This document shows positions 49,995-62,865 of a stretch of DNA of 64,000 bases, piece by piece. The stretch comes from Haliotis cracherodii (Eukaryota): positions 14,632,001 to 14,696,000 of the forward strand of contig NW_027266267.1 of NCBI RefSeq assembly GCF_022045235.1, in the 5' to 3' direction. Within the stretch, counting starts at the first letter, position 1, and each line of letters begins with the position of its first letter. Both the position numbers and the translations under genes were made by a program. Below the pieces are notes generated by a model. That model saw only the letters and a program-made list of their open reading frames with translations. It was not told the origin of the DNA and ran no database searches.

Positions 49995-51853
49995 TGCCCC
50001 CATTTCACTACGACTACGAATATCCCGAATCACCCCGAATAGGACATTTTTCATGTTCGTAGATAAATCTCAATCATTTCTTGAAGTTCTTAAATGAATG
50101 TTATTTGATTCCCAAACATTTCGCACAGTTCGCGGGAGTTCGTCGAATCGGCGAGAAAGGTTTTGTTTGTCCAAAACTTTCGTGGAAGGGTCCCCGAATT
50201 GCAATCTTCTGGCGGTATCGTAAGCCATTCGTAATTAATTCTTATGGTCCGTAACAGCTTCATAATCGATTCTTTTGCATTCTTTGCTATTCTTAGCGAT
50301 TCGTGGCTCCCAAAATGTCTTGTCCCCAACCCGAAAACATCCCGAAACAGCCACGAATGTCCCGAGTCAACTATGAATCATGTAAGAATTAAGTAAGAAC
50401 AACATTCGGCATATTCGTAACTTAGTCGGTGGTGATTCTTACAATTCGTGCATGGTCCGTACATGAAGCATGTAATTCGTACATGTTTCTTAACCCATTC
50501 CTGGTATTCCCTTATATTTTTCAACCTGATTAGCCACGAAAGTTTGCATTATTGGAAAATGGAAAAAGTGGAAAAATGGTTTTATAAATCTATGGAAATG
50601 CAAGCAACTTCACATTATAAATACCTGGGCATTATATTTTCTTCCAGGTTAATCTGGTCTAAAGCTTGTGAGACTATTTCATTACAAGCTAGAAAGTCAT
50701 GTTTTCCGTTATTTCAACTTATGAAAACTTATCCAGATATATCTTTGAAGACAATTGTTGCTTTGTTTGATTCAAAAATTGCACCCATTCTATATTATGG
50801 CAGTGAAATTTGGGGATATACATACAGAGGATCTATAGAAAGAGTACAAAGTTTATATTTTAAAAGATTTTTGAAACTGGGAAAACAAGCGTCTTCAAGT
50901 GCCGTTTTGGGCGAAGTTGGCCGTTATAACCTATGTATAAATTATTTTAGCAGGTGTCTAAAATATTGGTGTAGACTTATTCGTATGAATCCGAAGCGTT
51001 ACCCCTATGCCTGTTATAAAATGTTACAGTCACACGATGCGATTGGGGCTTTGAACTGGGTTTCACATGTCAGGATGTTGTTATTTCAAACAGGTTTTGG
51101 TTATGTCTGGATTGCTCAGGATTGTGGAAACACGAAGGGTTTCATAACTATGTTTAAACAGAGATGTGTAGATATGGAGATACAGAAATGGTTTCAAAAG
51201 ATTACCAGCTCACATTTCCTGTCACATTATAATTCATACAAGTCATTACTAGCGCCAGAGATGTATATCACATCGGGTGTTTTAGATAAAGACTTGATCT
51301 GTGTATTAGCTAAGTTCCGCACTCTTTCGCATAGTTTGAAAATACAAAAACTGCGTTATAGTAAAAATAATGCGAAAACAAATGTTGATCAGCTGATGCT
51401 ATACTGTGACCAGTGCGATGAATTAGTTGTAGAGGACGAGTACCATTTTGTACTACTCTGTTCATACTATAAGCAAAGTAGAAACACATTTATTCCACAG
51501 TATTACCATAAACATCCTTCTCGTCAAAAATTAATTGAACTAATGTCCTCTACAACACATTCAACAATCAAAGGTCTTGCTTTGTACCTAAAGAGAAATT
51601 TGAAAAACACAAGAAACAAACAAACATAATTATGTAGTATGTATTACGTCACATATTATGGAAACATTGTAAATCAACTGTGTGAGATCCACAAATAAGT
51701 TAGATATAAATGTATTGTACTCTGGGCCACGAGGCCTCCAATACTGAAATAAAGAATCTTGAATCTTGTATTATTGGCCGAATCATCACGAATTTCGAAA
51801 GTTTCCGATTCTGGTTGATTCGGGATATTCGTGGTCGTAGTGAAAGGGGGACA
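49995..51853. mobile_element. PIF/Harbinger-like non-autonomous element
   Basis: TIRs TGCCCCCATTTCACTACGACTACGAATATCCCGAATCA / TGATTCGGGATATTCGTGGTCGTAGTGAAAGGGGGACA, with TAA on both sides. Confidence 0.8.
50556..51769 (+). mobile_element. 5'-truncated L2/Crack/Daphne-like LINE (ORF2 C-terminal part intact to 51629)
   Basis: YKYLGIIF, PILYYGSEIWG, AVLGEVGR, CDQCDELVVEDEYHFVLLC; AATAAA plus (GAATCTT)2 tail; TSD ATTATTGG at 50548-50555 and 51770-51777. Confidence 0.88.
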
Positions 51854-52742
51854 TAACTGACATGAAATACTCTACAGGCCTTAGTCTAATGTTCTTTTTC
51901 GCTATTTTCAATCAACAATGGTGTTACTACAGGATATGCTAAACTGCTATAGAAAAGGTATAGAATTCATATCCGAAAAATATAGACTTTAAGTGGCTAT
52001 ATTTGACTCGGCATGGTACTTGGGAAACCTACGAGTTTTTTTAACCAAAAATCATTGCATTGGAATTCCTTTCGTTTGTAATAGCATATAATTCTGGTGT
52101 ATGCTTAACTGTCATATCCGTAATACGGCAACAAAATGGCCATTATTTTACGCCTTAAACTCTGTTAATGGTTCATTCTAACAACCCAACATCATCTACA
52201 ACTTGGTCTGATCTGCTTGGGCAGACTTCTCCTTTCCGTCGTTACGGTATTAGGATAGTGACGAGGTTACCTTGCAGAGTGTCGAAACATAACCTTGGTG
52301 AAACAGTAAGTTTGATAAATAACGGTTAAAGGGGTAAGGGGTCATAAACTCTTTTATGAAGCCTGAATATAACAACCAGGTGGTCATTGTAGAAAGGGAA
52401 TCTAAAAATGATTGTCATTTGCACATCTAGACAAAGTAACGAGCAATTAAATCTGCGAAGTTTCATGAAAGTTCGATAAGTATTATTTCATAGTGATAAC
52501 CCTTAATGTAAAAAAATAACATCTATCACTTCAACCCTTAATGTAATTTGTTTTACATTAAGAGTATTTTTTACATTAAGAGTTGTAACAAGGGTGAACC
52601 CGCAACCCTTAATGTAAAATATTTTTACAACAAGAGTAATTTTTACATTAAGGGTTGTAACAAGAATTAACACGTAAGCCTTAATGTAAGTTTTTTTACA
52701 TTAAAAGTAATTTTTACATTAAGAGTTGTAGCAATGCTGTCT

Positions 52743-53387
52743 GTCAGCTTCATCTGATCACGGAGGCATGTATGGCCCAGTTGTCTTAAGTGTCAGTTTC
52801 ATATGATCACGGAGGCATGTATGGCCCAGTTGTCTTAAGTGTCATCTTCATCTGATCACGGAGGCATGTATGGCCCGGTTGTCTTAAGTGTCATCTTCAT
52901 CTGATCACGGAGGCATGTATGGCCCGGTTGTCTTAAGTGTCAGCTTCATCTGATCACGGAGGCATGTATGGCCCAGTTGTCTTCAGTGTCAGTTTCATCT
53001 GATCACGGAGGCATGTATGGCCCAGTTGTCTTAAGTGTCATCTTCATCTGATCACGGAGGCATGTATGGCCCAGTTGTCTTAAGTGTCAGTTTCATCTGA
53101 TCACGGAGGCATGTATGGCCCAGTTGTCTTAAGTGTCAGCTTCATCTGATCACGGAGGCATGTATGGCCCAGTTGTCTTAAGTGTCATCTTCATATGATC
53201 ACGGAGGCATGTATGGCCCAGTTGTCTCAAGTGTCAGCTTCATCTGATCACGGAGGCATGTATGGCCCAGTTGTCTTAAGTGTCATCTTCATCTGATCAC
53301 GGAGGCATGTATGGCCCAGTTGTCTTAAGTGTCATCTTCATCTTATCACGGAGGCATGTATGGCCCAGTTGTCTTAAGTGTCAGCTT
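52743..53387. repeat. 49-bp minisatellite, about 13 copies
   Basis: Unit GTCAGCTTCATCTGATCACGGAGGCATGTATGGCCCAGTTGTCTTAAGT. Confidence 0.95.
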
Positions 53388-54199
53388 CGCCCTGATTAAG
53401 ATTTTTGTTGACCAATGGAACATCGACTAGAAAGCAGTAACTTTAAGGAATCGGGTTTAACGAAGATATTATAGAGGAACACATATACACACGTCAGAAA
53501 GGACGAACATGGGTCCATCGTTACTGACACCAGGATGTTATTTTTCAAACGCACAGATCTTCGACAGCTTTTCAGTAAATCACTGAATTAAAATTATTGC
53601 TAAATGTTCTTGTCTTGACACTGTTTGACCCAGATTTAATGTCAGCTTATAAAATCAGATCAGCTTGTTTTGACCACCCAGCCACTGCTCTGACTTTGTC
53701 CTATTCTAAGTCTGTCATGCATGCCATGAAAAATAGATTTCTCTTCTACAAACATGATGTGTGTGGAAATTCAATGTGTATGCTTCATACGTGTATACAA
53801 TGTTCTAGCTTTCCAAAAGCCTCACTTAAGCTTCCCTTCCCCGGGTTAAAGCAAGGAAAACACAATTTTGCTGGAAAATAATGTATTTTACAATGATACT
53901 ATAACACATATAGTACATGTGACTGTAGAATATAAATGCTTAATTGATTCAAGAATAAGCTAGATTATCGTCATTTTACCGAGCTCGCTTCCTGTTTGAC
54001 ACAATGAGGTGACGCTTTGTAACGGGCGGTGCTTAGAGCTCCACTTGAAGTTGTCTCCTTGTACACGGATTCTACAATCGCACCGATGTTATCGTAACTC
54101 CCCTCATCCATGTTACGTCATGTGTCAAGAGAGCAGGGCATTCAGACACGTGACTTGACATCAATGCATTATGATACGCAGTTTTATCAGTGTGGTTTT

Positions 54200-56120
54200 T
54201 GTTGTTTGTTTTTTTATTAATATTTATTACTCCCACATTGTAGAGTAATACAATATTCCGTCAATACATATTTCGGATTGCATAGAATGACACAATACAC
54301 TCTTAATAATTTAAAGGTTTGGAAACACACATTGTCACATTTCAAACTAAAAAGTTTGCAAAACACTTTCAGCCTCAAACATTGCATGTATCTACAAAGA
54401 GCCAAGATCAAATGTTGACAATAAAATTGACCATTCTTTGTTAAAGTTAGCTTTGTCATCCTTTTTTATAGCAATAAATTTCTCGATTGAAAACGTTTTT
54501 AAGTAGTTTTAAAAGTATATCTATGTTTGGTTTGATTCCTTTGATTCAAATACACGAATATGCCTTTTCCCAATAAAGGTATGTGATATGATTAAGGTAT
54601 TAGAGTAGTTAGAACCAAACCAAATAAAATACTTTGTCAATTTATCTTTTTGTGAAAGATAATTATTAAGTTTGAGATCATTGTTTTAGTTGAATAACAT
54701 TTCCAAAAGACATGGCTGATGTCCTTATTGACAGCATTACAAAAGCTACATAGTGACTGTTGTCAGATTCATTGTTAATAGTTCCTTCTTTGTGTACATA
54801 ATTCCACGAGTAATCTTTATTGAAAATCTAAATGTTTTACTTCCTTCAGTTTACATCTATAAACAATAAATATGTTTTTCCAATTAAACTCAGAGTAAAA
54901 AATTGATTGCCATTTATCACAAACTTTAAGATTATATTCATTTGATATTAATTTATCATAAAAATTCTAGCGCCTTTGACAGGCTTCATCAGATCACTTA
55001 AGCAACTGTTTATATATACAAATTCTGTAAAAATTATTTGTCTACTTAATTGTTGTTTTCCATGAGCCTAGTATATTGAAAACTAAATATCTATAGTCTA
55101 ATTTTGTACCTTTAATCGGGTATTTTAGTTTCAGTTCTTCAAATAACATGAATCCGTTTTCATTGCATATATCTTTAATTGAGTACAACCTACCCATTAC
55201 ATGATAAACTCCATTGTTACCCAATTGCTTTATGTATAATGTCGCTTGTTTGAAGTTGTGATTAAGCCATAATGGTTGGGACAAAATTTCTTCTATATTA
55301 TCCACATTAATAATATTATTTCTCCAAAAAGCTTTCAATACATTTTTTCGGTATGGGTTTTTAACATTAGCACCCAAAGAGAGCATATCTTTAATTGGGA
55401 TATTACAAGAGTTACCATATGTTGTTTTTTACAATATGTCGGAGACAGGTGTCGATTTAGCTGCTGGCCCGTGACTAGTAAAAATTACGAAGGGCTTGAT
55501 GAAACACAAAGTAGATGGCCCGTCTGGCGCGTCAAAATGTCACCTCTTCTCTGTGTATGTTTCATTTTAATTGAACACTGCTCATGAATATTTTAATTTC
55601 GATGAGAAAATATTTTATAGGGGGAATGAGTTAGTGAGAATGGTGAACTCAGAGATCACCTCGGTAGAATGACACAACCCGGTGGACATTTTGTAATGTT
55701 CTGTAGAACAACATCTTTATTTGTTCGTAAAATTACCACGAAATGAGGCAGATAGAAGCAATTTTCTGAGTCCCCTGGGTAACTCAGTCGTGGCCTTCAA
55801 CATTTAGTTTTGGGCAAGTTAGTTTGGATAAGGGCTACTAACTTTTTAAAGCAGCAAGCCCTGCTGTCTCCATACAATTTCTTTTGTTAAATCTACCCCC
55901 GCAGAGAGTAGATAGTTTTAGTGCGTCAATAAAGGCTCTAATGTTAGTCATGCGTAATCCACCTTCCTCATATTTTCTTGTCAAAGTGGTCCATTTGATT
56001 TTGTCTTTTTTATTGTTCCAGATAAAATTGTAAAATAAAAGTCCTCAGGAGGGTTTGGTAGTGTCGAAAATATGTGAACTATGTGAAAATGTGAAAGTTT
56101 TGATAGATGTCCATTTTATA
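54200..56120 (-). mobile_element. degenerate L1/Tx1 LINE 3' part
   Basis: Minus-strand FYNFIWNNKKDKIKW...EEGGLRM, QPLWLNHNF and CSFC...HVFWKC; A-rich tail near 54200. Confidence 0.75.
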
Positions 56121-56879
56121 GTATCATCATCATTATTTTACATTTTACAAACATCGTTCAGTTTGTGAACATTAATCGTGAAAAAAATGACAGCTCAACT
56201 GACATATTTCTTCCGTGTACAGGTAAATCACCCTTCTGAATAATCTCCGAATCTGATTTTCATACAAATGAAACCTTTATTTGATCATAACGAGCTTAAT
56301 TATTTCACACACTATTATTTTCATAAATGAAATGCATTGCTGAAAATCTTGTAACCAACTAATTTCTGAATTAACTATTTGCTGAACACGTTTTTTACTT
56401 CATTTGTCCACCAGTAATGGTAATTGTCAATGTCATTTAAAAAATCAAATTTATACATTTTTTCTTGTTGTGGGATCATGCTCAAAGTTCAAGGATATCA
56501 TTAAACATGAAGCATACTGACAGTGATCACTACTCTCCACCATTCAAAGGATCTGATCTATTTAGATACATTATCCAATCTGTATCATGTAAGACTTTTA
56601 CCATGAACTACTTGGTGTATAATGCATTGAAGTCATGCATAATTCAGGGAGCTACTCTCTATCTACAGATCAGATACAATGTCATTAAGTTATTGTCGAT
56701 TACATTGTTCAAGGGAGAGAGTGTGTCTTAACGCCAATTTTATGTCTAATATTAAGACAGGGTATATGAGTGTGGAATGTGTAAAGAGACAATGTGAGAC
56801 TACTTTTACAAACAACAAACCTATTGTCCCCGAGTTTTTTCAATACATCAGCTTAGTCATCAGTTTTGCAAAAGGCTTT

Positions 56880-57050
56880 TTCTTGATTGTTTAGCGTCAA
56901 AGTCTGCAATATTCCAGCTTAATGACAGCGGTCTGTAAATAATCGACCAGACAACCTTGTGATTGATATCATGAGCATTGATCCTTGCAATAGGGATACA
57001 AATGCATGCATTAACCAAGTCAGCGAACCTGAACACCCAATCTCATTAGT
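56880..57050 (-). mobile_element. degenerate SINE family B
   Basis: GCAATATTCCAGCT...GCGGTCTGTAAATAATCGA...AACCAAGTCAGCGA. Confidence 0.65.
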
Positions 57051-57284
57051 CATGTATCGTGCACTGAGTGCAGGTATAATTTCATGGTCGAAGCATTTTG
57101 AAAGTCAAAGTTCAAACAAAACTTAACTAACAACATATCTGGAATGTTAAGATAAAGTAAACCAAATATGATTTTATAAAAAATTGTTTAAACAAAATAT
57201 TTAATGCATATATAGTTTTTTTTAACTGAGGGACGGCGACATTGTGTGTAGCCCAAAGATCCTGGACAACACTTGCAGTGTGTG

Positions 57285-57430
57285 GCCTAGCATAGTGGTT
57301 AAAGCATTCACTCGAGCTGAAATCCTGGAAATCGATTGCCAACATGAGTACATTGTCTGAAGCTCATTTCTGGAGTCAACTGCCATGGTATTGCTAGAAT
57401 ATTGCTAAAAGCGGCGTAAAACCATACTCC
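57285..57430 (+). mobile_element. degenerate SINE family A
   Basis: TAGTGGTTAAAGC...GAATATTGCTAAAAGCGGCGTAAAACCATACTC. Confidence 0.6.
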
Positions 57431-59825
57431 CTTACATAACACAACTGGTTCCTTACAGAAGATAGATTCCCTGCTCACAGAGATGTTTCCTTTATATGAT
57501 TTTATTAATCTAGTATTTCTCCCTGAAAAAAAACCAGTTAACTATTATATGCCAAACAGAATTGGCCAAGGCTACTGCATGGGTGCTAGTCTTATTTTCA
57601 TTAAATAATGCTAACCAATAGTTAGTGAATAGTGCCTTCTAACATCTGAACATTTCTAAACCATTATAGCTTTCCTCTGGCCAAGATTGTGCAGATATCA
57701 AGTTAAAATAATGACATAATTTTGCATGAAGTGAAGTACTTCTATTTTAAATAACTTGTTTCTGAGTATGGCATAGACAATATTCAGTATTCCTCTACCT
57801 AAGTATCTTGCATGCTGTGTCCATGGCTCAATAAAAGATATTCACAATGAAGTCATATTGGTTCCTCCTCCTTGGAGATTTTCGTCCAAACAAGACATAA
57901 CTCACTGACTATATTTGAAATATGCAGTTTATTCCACTTGTGACTTTGTATCTGCTCTGCAGCCTTGTTCGGGATGAAGTGAACAGAAAAGAAGGTGTAT
58001 TTGGCCAGTATGCAAGGGGTCATCTGTTGAGTACATCCACGTGTGTCCTGGTCTGGTCTCTTCATCACAGAGAATATGTCTTCAATACTGAAAGTACTCG
58101 GATTGCTCATGGACAAAAGAACATGGCCTACTCGTCTACAATTGGGACCCGGGTACCTGTTGATCCTTCAATACATGTCTATCTGATGTGGTTCAAGAAG
58201 GGGATGACTTGTGTACTAACCTAATCCTACCCATGCAAGAGAACAGAATATCCTGTGAAGAAGCAGTACAGCCAAACTGGTTACTTTGGCTCCATTTGAA
58301 GAAAGGAACATGTTTTTCTGAGGATTACATTCTTGAAGCATATGTAGTGCTCTTGGATTAAAATGTGTTTACTCATGAAACATATATCCTTTTCCACATC
58401 ATATATTTATGACAGAAATCCTATGTTCGGGATTGATTTGTGTGTGTACGACATTGTGTCAGCAAAACTTTACCAGAACATACTACAATGATGTCCTAAA
58501 ATCTCACAAAAGTGTTTAAATAATGATCAACATAGAACCCATCTTGCATACTGGCTGCTACACAACATTCTATACCATCCCAGAGATAAATAACCCTTGT
58601 ACACAGAGAAATGTCATACAACATTTCTTCCGAGAAACTCAACATCAGTCAGGAAAGTATCAAGGCATTTATGCACAGTTAACATAATTTCTTAACAAAA
58701 TTGTTATTTTTCTAGATGAGAATCAAATAGTAGTATGCATTATTATTTGGAGATTGAGTTAATCAAGCATCTCAATCACTAAGGCGATTTTCATGTTTTG
58801 GTGACAAAATTCAAGGAAAACACCACTTACTGCAAAAAGAAAAATATGCTATCAACTTCTCACATAAGCAAGTGAATTTCTGGATTGAGACAACACATTG
58901 AAACAATCCTGCCTGACTTACAACATATACCTGATCTGTTTATACTGTCCAACATGATACAGTGGAATTTCAACATCCACGATTACTGAGGGTATGAGTA
59001 TCACTTGTTAAAATGACAGGAATTTGGAGAAATGATTTTTGTGTGAACTAAACATCAATCTCATGTTAATAAAAGAAAATAAGTGAAAATAAATGAAAAG
59101 GAAGTACGAATCAATATGTGATTGCAAACACACCATCTTTAAGTATAATAACATCTTCGAAGTTATTTGAGTTTAATCAGCTACATCTAGACTTACTCCC
59201 TACATGATGACCACATTGCACGGGAGCAGAATCTATAATGACAACCAAGGAACAAAACGCTAATGTTAGGTCAGTAATAACTCCCGGCAGTTCCATAGGA
59301 GAGTTGACCAAATCAACATAATGACGTGTCCTGTGCAGGGAAACAAGTTAGGTTCCTGAGGCTACATGTAAGTGATGGTTTAGTAGGCTGCGAGAATAGA
59401 TGGGTACAGAGTGATGAATATGAGAGTTGTATAAATACACGTACATGGTCACATTGCATAAGTAGGCATCACCAGACACTGGTGCTCATTTGCACATTTG
59501 CATTATCACTTCAGTCGATTCCACACAATACAGGATTCTCCCAGCGTCTCCTTGTGTTATAAAAATAAAGACAGTATGCAAATTTCACTGCACTAAACAG
59601 AAATCAAATCGGTAACATTATCGTCAAATGTGCTTATGGAGCATCAGTGTCTGCTGTAAGGAGAGAGGCACCCTTGTTTCTGTACCAAGGTGCACTCTGT
59701 AAGCATAGGTTGTATTTTGATATTGGTAAATTCATATAAAATCTCCTTCATTTCTTAATGCAAACACGGCAGATCACTGAGGCCTGTTGGTATGGTGGTA
59801 CATGGAGGAGCTGTCAGCTTCACCG

Positions 59826-59869
59826 ATAATAATAATTATAATAATAATAACTATAATAATAATAATAAT
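59826..59869. repeat. (AAT)n microsatellite
   Basis: Direct observation. Confidence 0.9.
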
Positions 59870-60679
59870 GTTAGTCTATAAACAATACACATATTGAACA
59901 GGTTGTCCAGCTATACAAATCATTTCCCTTGTTGGACAGGATCATTGATACACATATTTACATATTAACACTTTTGTACAATGCTACATAACACACAGAG
60001 AGCACTTTCCCTTTAAAAAAAAGTTCACAATTTGATCAAGCATGGCTCCAAATCTACAGCTTTTTCTCCATCAGAAGACATGATGTGTCTCAATATGGAG
60101 AAGGGTCCATCAGGGCAGCTAAGGCAGAGCATTAAGTTCAAGGTTGTCAACAATCAAGGGAGACTACTCACTTACTTTTTGGTGAGAGTTATCTCCCTTG
60201 ATAGAATGGGTCGCAAGGCCTAGTTATGCTACTATGATGACCATATACACACAAGTGACAACTGTATGAAAACACTCTTGCATTCAAAAACTAAGCACAG
60301 AATACTAAAACTTGCACAAAAAGCTTGATATCTAAAATGTATAATTTACATTATTCCAGTGAATATCTTACATGAATATCACAATTTGGCACAAAAAAAT
60401 AATGTCTTTTGATCAAGGTATACGTATATACTCGGTATGTGTAGGACTTGATTAAAAACTACCAGTGCTTTCCCTTCATTTGTCATATGATTCTAGAGCA
60501 TACCATCCATTATCTGAAATCTTGATTACTTATATCAACAAATAGGTAAATCTACTCTGCCTTCGCTGCCTTCAGAGATGATGAACCACATGGAGGCTAT
60601 TCTCAATCTTGGAAGCTTAAGTGTTGAGTAAGGCGAACCTCAATGAATGTGTGTAGAACCTCAGTAATGCTTTAGTGTA

Positions 60680-62865
60680 CTAGATTTCAATAGGATCTAC
60701 TGCTGACTCTTTTGAAGACACGGTCATATCACTTTTCTCATTATCTGTTGATGTCTTGGTCTGTTCCCCAGCCATCAACTCTTCAGCAGATATTCCTCCT
60801 GGTAACACAACACCATCAAATTTCTGAACTGAGTCTGTGTCCGTCTCACCCAAGTCCCCGAGGTTGGGGATAGATGTGGGTGTGGATTCAGAGTCAGAGT
60901 CATTAGCACCTTCGTCAAGGTCGGTAGTCTGAGTGGAACTCATCATTTCCTGGGATATCACCGACTCTATCTCTGCCTTGTCGGCAAATTGTCCTGTTGC
61001 CGAGACAACCTCATTCTTAGAGTTTTCTACACTGACTGTTTTAAGCGTTTCCCCTTCAGAGTTATTGTTAGAGCTGGCCAGCCTCTCTTCATTGAGTGGC
61101 GGCAAGTCATCAGGTATCTCCATATAGTCATGATCATCACTGTCACTGTCGGTGGCAGTGTTTGCCAAGACAGGTGTTCTACTTGTGACCTTCTCACCAT
61201 TCAAGGAGGAGGACAAGGGGGGCTTCTTGACAGCAGGCGTCTTCTTCACCACCTCATCCTCCTGGCGGGTCAGACCCACAGCACTCATCATCTCCTGGGC
61301 TTGTTCTCGCAGACTGTTTGCTACATCTGAAAACAAACACACGAACACACAGATACATGAGTAAGGAATGAACTAACAGTCCATGTGTCTATACTAAACA
61401 GCAAAGAAAGATTATACAAATAATAAAGGTTATCCAGAAATCTGATGAAAAAACAGTTCAAAGTTTTATATCTAATTTCAAGGCTGAAGATGTGGTTATG
61501 CTATGTATGTGATGCAGGATGTAATAATCATTATTTGTGAACACATAGAAGTATTGATGTGCGAGTTATATTGGTAGACCACAACATCATTTGGTTGGTT
61601 TGTTGTTTAACGCCGCACTCAGCAATATTCCAGCTATATGACGGCGGTCTGTAAATAATCGAGTCTGGACCAGACAATCCAGTGATTGATATCATGAGCA
61701 TCGATCCACGCAATTGGGATCGATGACATGCATCAACCAAGCCAGCGAGCCTGACCACCCGATCCCGTTAGTCGCCTTTTACGACAAGTATAGTCACCTT
61801 TTACCACAACATCATAAAACATCATGCTGAAATTAAGAATTACTAAGTAATACAATCATGGCTGAGATCACTGAAGGGATCTCTCTATTGCAGTCTTCTT
61901 ACCATTAACGGAGGGCACCTGGGCAGCTCCCTCTTCCTCAGTGGCCGAGGAGCCGGCAGACACGATGCTAGACGGACGAGAGTGGGGCAAGCTGCCTCCC
62001 ATGACTGCCATCTGGATTTGCCTCAGGGAGGAGAGTTTCTCCTGGGCCTGGCGCAGTTCATCTCGTAAACCCTCCTTCTCCTCTTCCTGATTATTCACAG
62101 AAGCCTAGAACCACCAAACAATAAACCTGAAGAAGTCTGTTCATGCAGTTTGTCCAAGAGGATTATTTAAAGCCAATTCCAGTTACAAACTATTAAACCT
62201 ATTTAAGTTTTGAAGAGGCTCAATGTCTTGTACCTACCTAAAGACAAGTTTTTAAGTAAAAAATGACAATAAAATATTCTTCAGTCAAATGGCTGAAACA
62301 AAATACACAGGTATGATGCTTTACAAACACCGCTATAGCACACAACTTTCAAAGCTCCAACCACCACCTTCTGCTCCGAGAAGCGCTTGTCTGATGGTCA
62401 CACAATCCTACAATTATCTTACAGTGCTTTGAACAGATTAACTTGACTACAGCTAGGTTCATGTTTCTGTGCATGGTAATTAAACGTAGGAGATCGAATA
62501 CCGTACTCAGCATTATTACAGCTATGTCAGTGTGGTCTGATGTGTAACAGCACCTTGATCAGTCAAACCTTCAGATGATAGGAACAATCCGTGCCATGAA
62601 GGCATGACGACACCATTGGCCCGTAACACCTGAGAGTTGGTTTTCGCTGTGGACATCATGACCACCCAATCCCCATGTAGGCCACCTCTTGCAATAAGTA
62701 GGAGGCACTGAGGATCTATTCGTCTCTGGAATGCTGTTGGGGGTTCTAAGTGCATACGTACTAGTAACTTGGTGAGAATTTGATTCATCCTTATTGCCAT
62801 ATCCCTTAGTTGTTCCATAGGAATCGGAATTGTAACCTTCGGCTGTTCTGCTCGTGCTGCCCCTG
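60680..62865 (-). CDS. 3' end of ARHGEF11/12-like RhoGEF paralog 3 (exons 62865-62762, 62104-61903, 61326-60680); continues beyond the window
   Basis: GAARAEQPKVTIPIPMEQLRDMAIRMNQILTKLL | ASVNNQEEEKEGLRDELRQAQEKL...PSVN | DVANSLREQ...GETDTDSVQKFDGVVLPGGISAEELMAGEQTKTSTDNEKSDMTVSSKES..*. Canonical splice sites, with the same phases as paralogs 1 and 2. Confidence 0.82.
61590..61805 (-). mobile_element. SINE family B (5'-truncated), intronic
   Basis: Reverse complement of the family B body and tail. Confidence 0.85.

Larger units (their letters stand above)
47771..52733. mobile_element. ~5-kb non-autonomous TIR element with TG...CA ends and a 6-bp TSD
   Basis: Left TGTTACAACCCTTAATGTAAAAATTA; right end (reverse complement) TGCTACAACTCTTAATGTAAAAATTA. 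TSD ATGCTG at 47765-47770 and 52734-52739. Many subterminal copies of the TIR motif at 52495-52733. Confidence 0.8.

Noticed and set aside
52743-53387. CRISPR-like appearance of the regular arrays (also 7810-8840 and 18158-19330)
   Set aside because: The units are contiguous with no unique spacers, there are no cas genes, and the context is eukaryotic.
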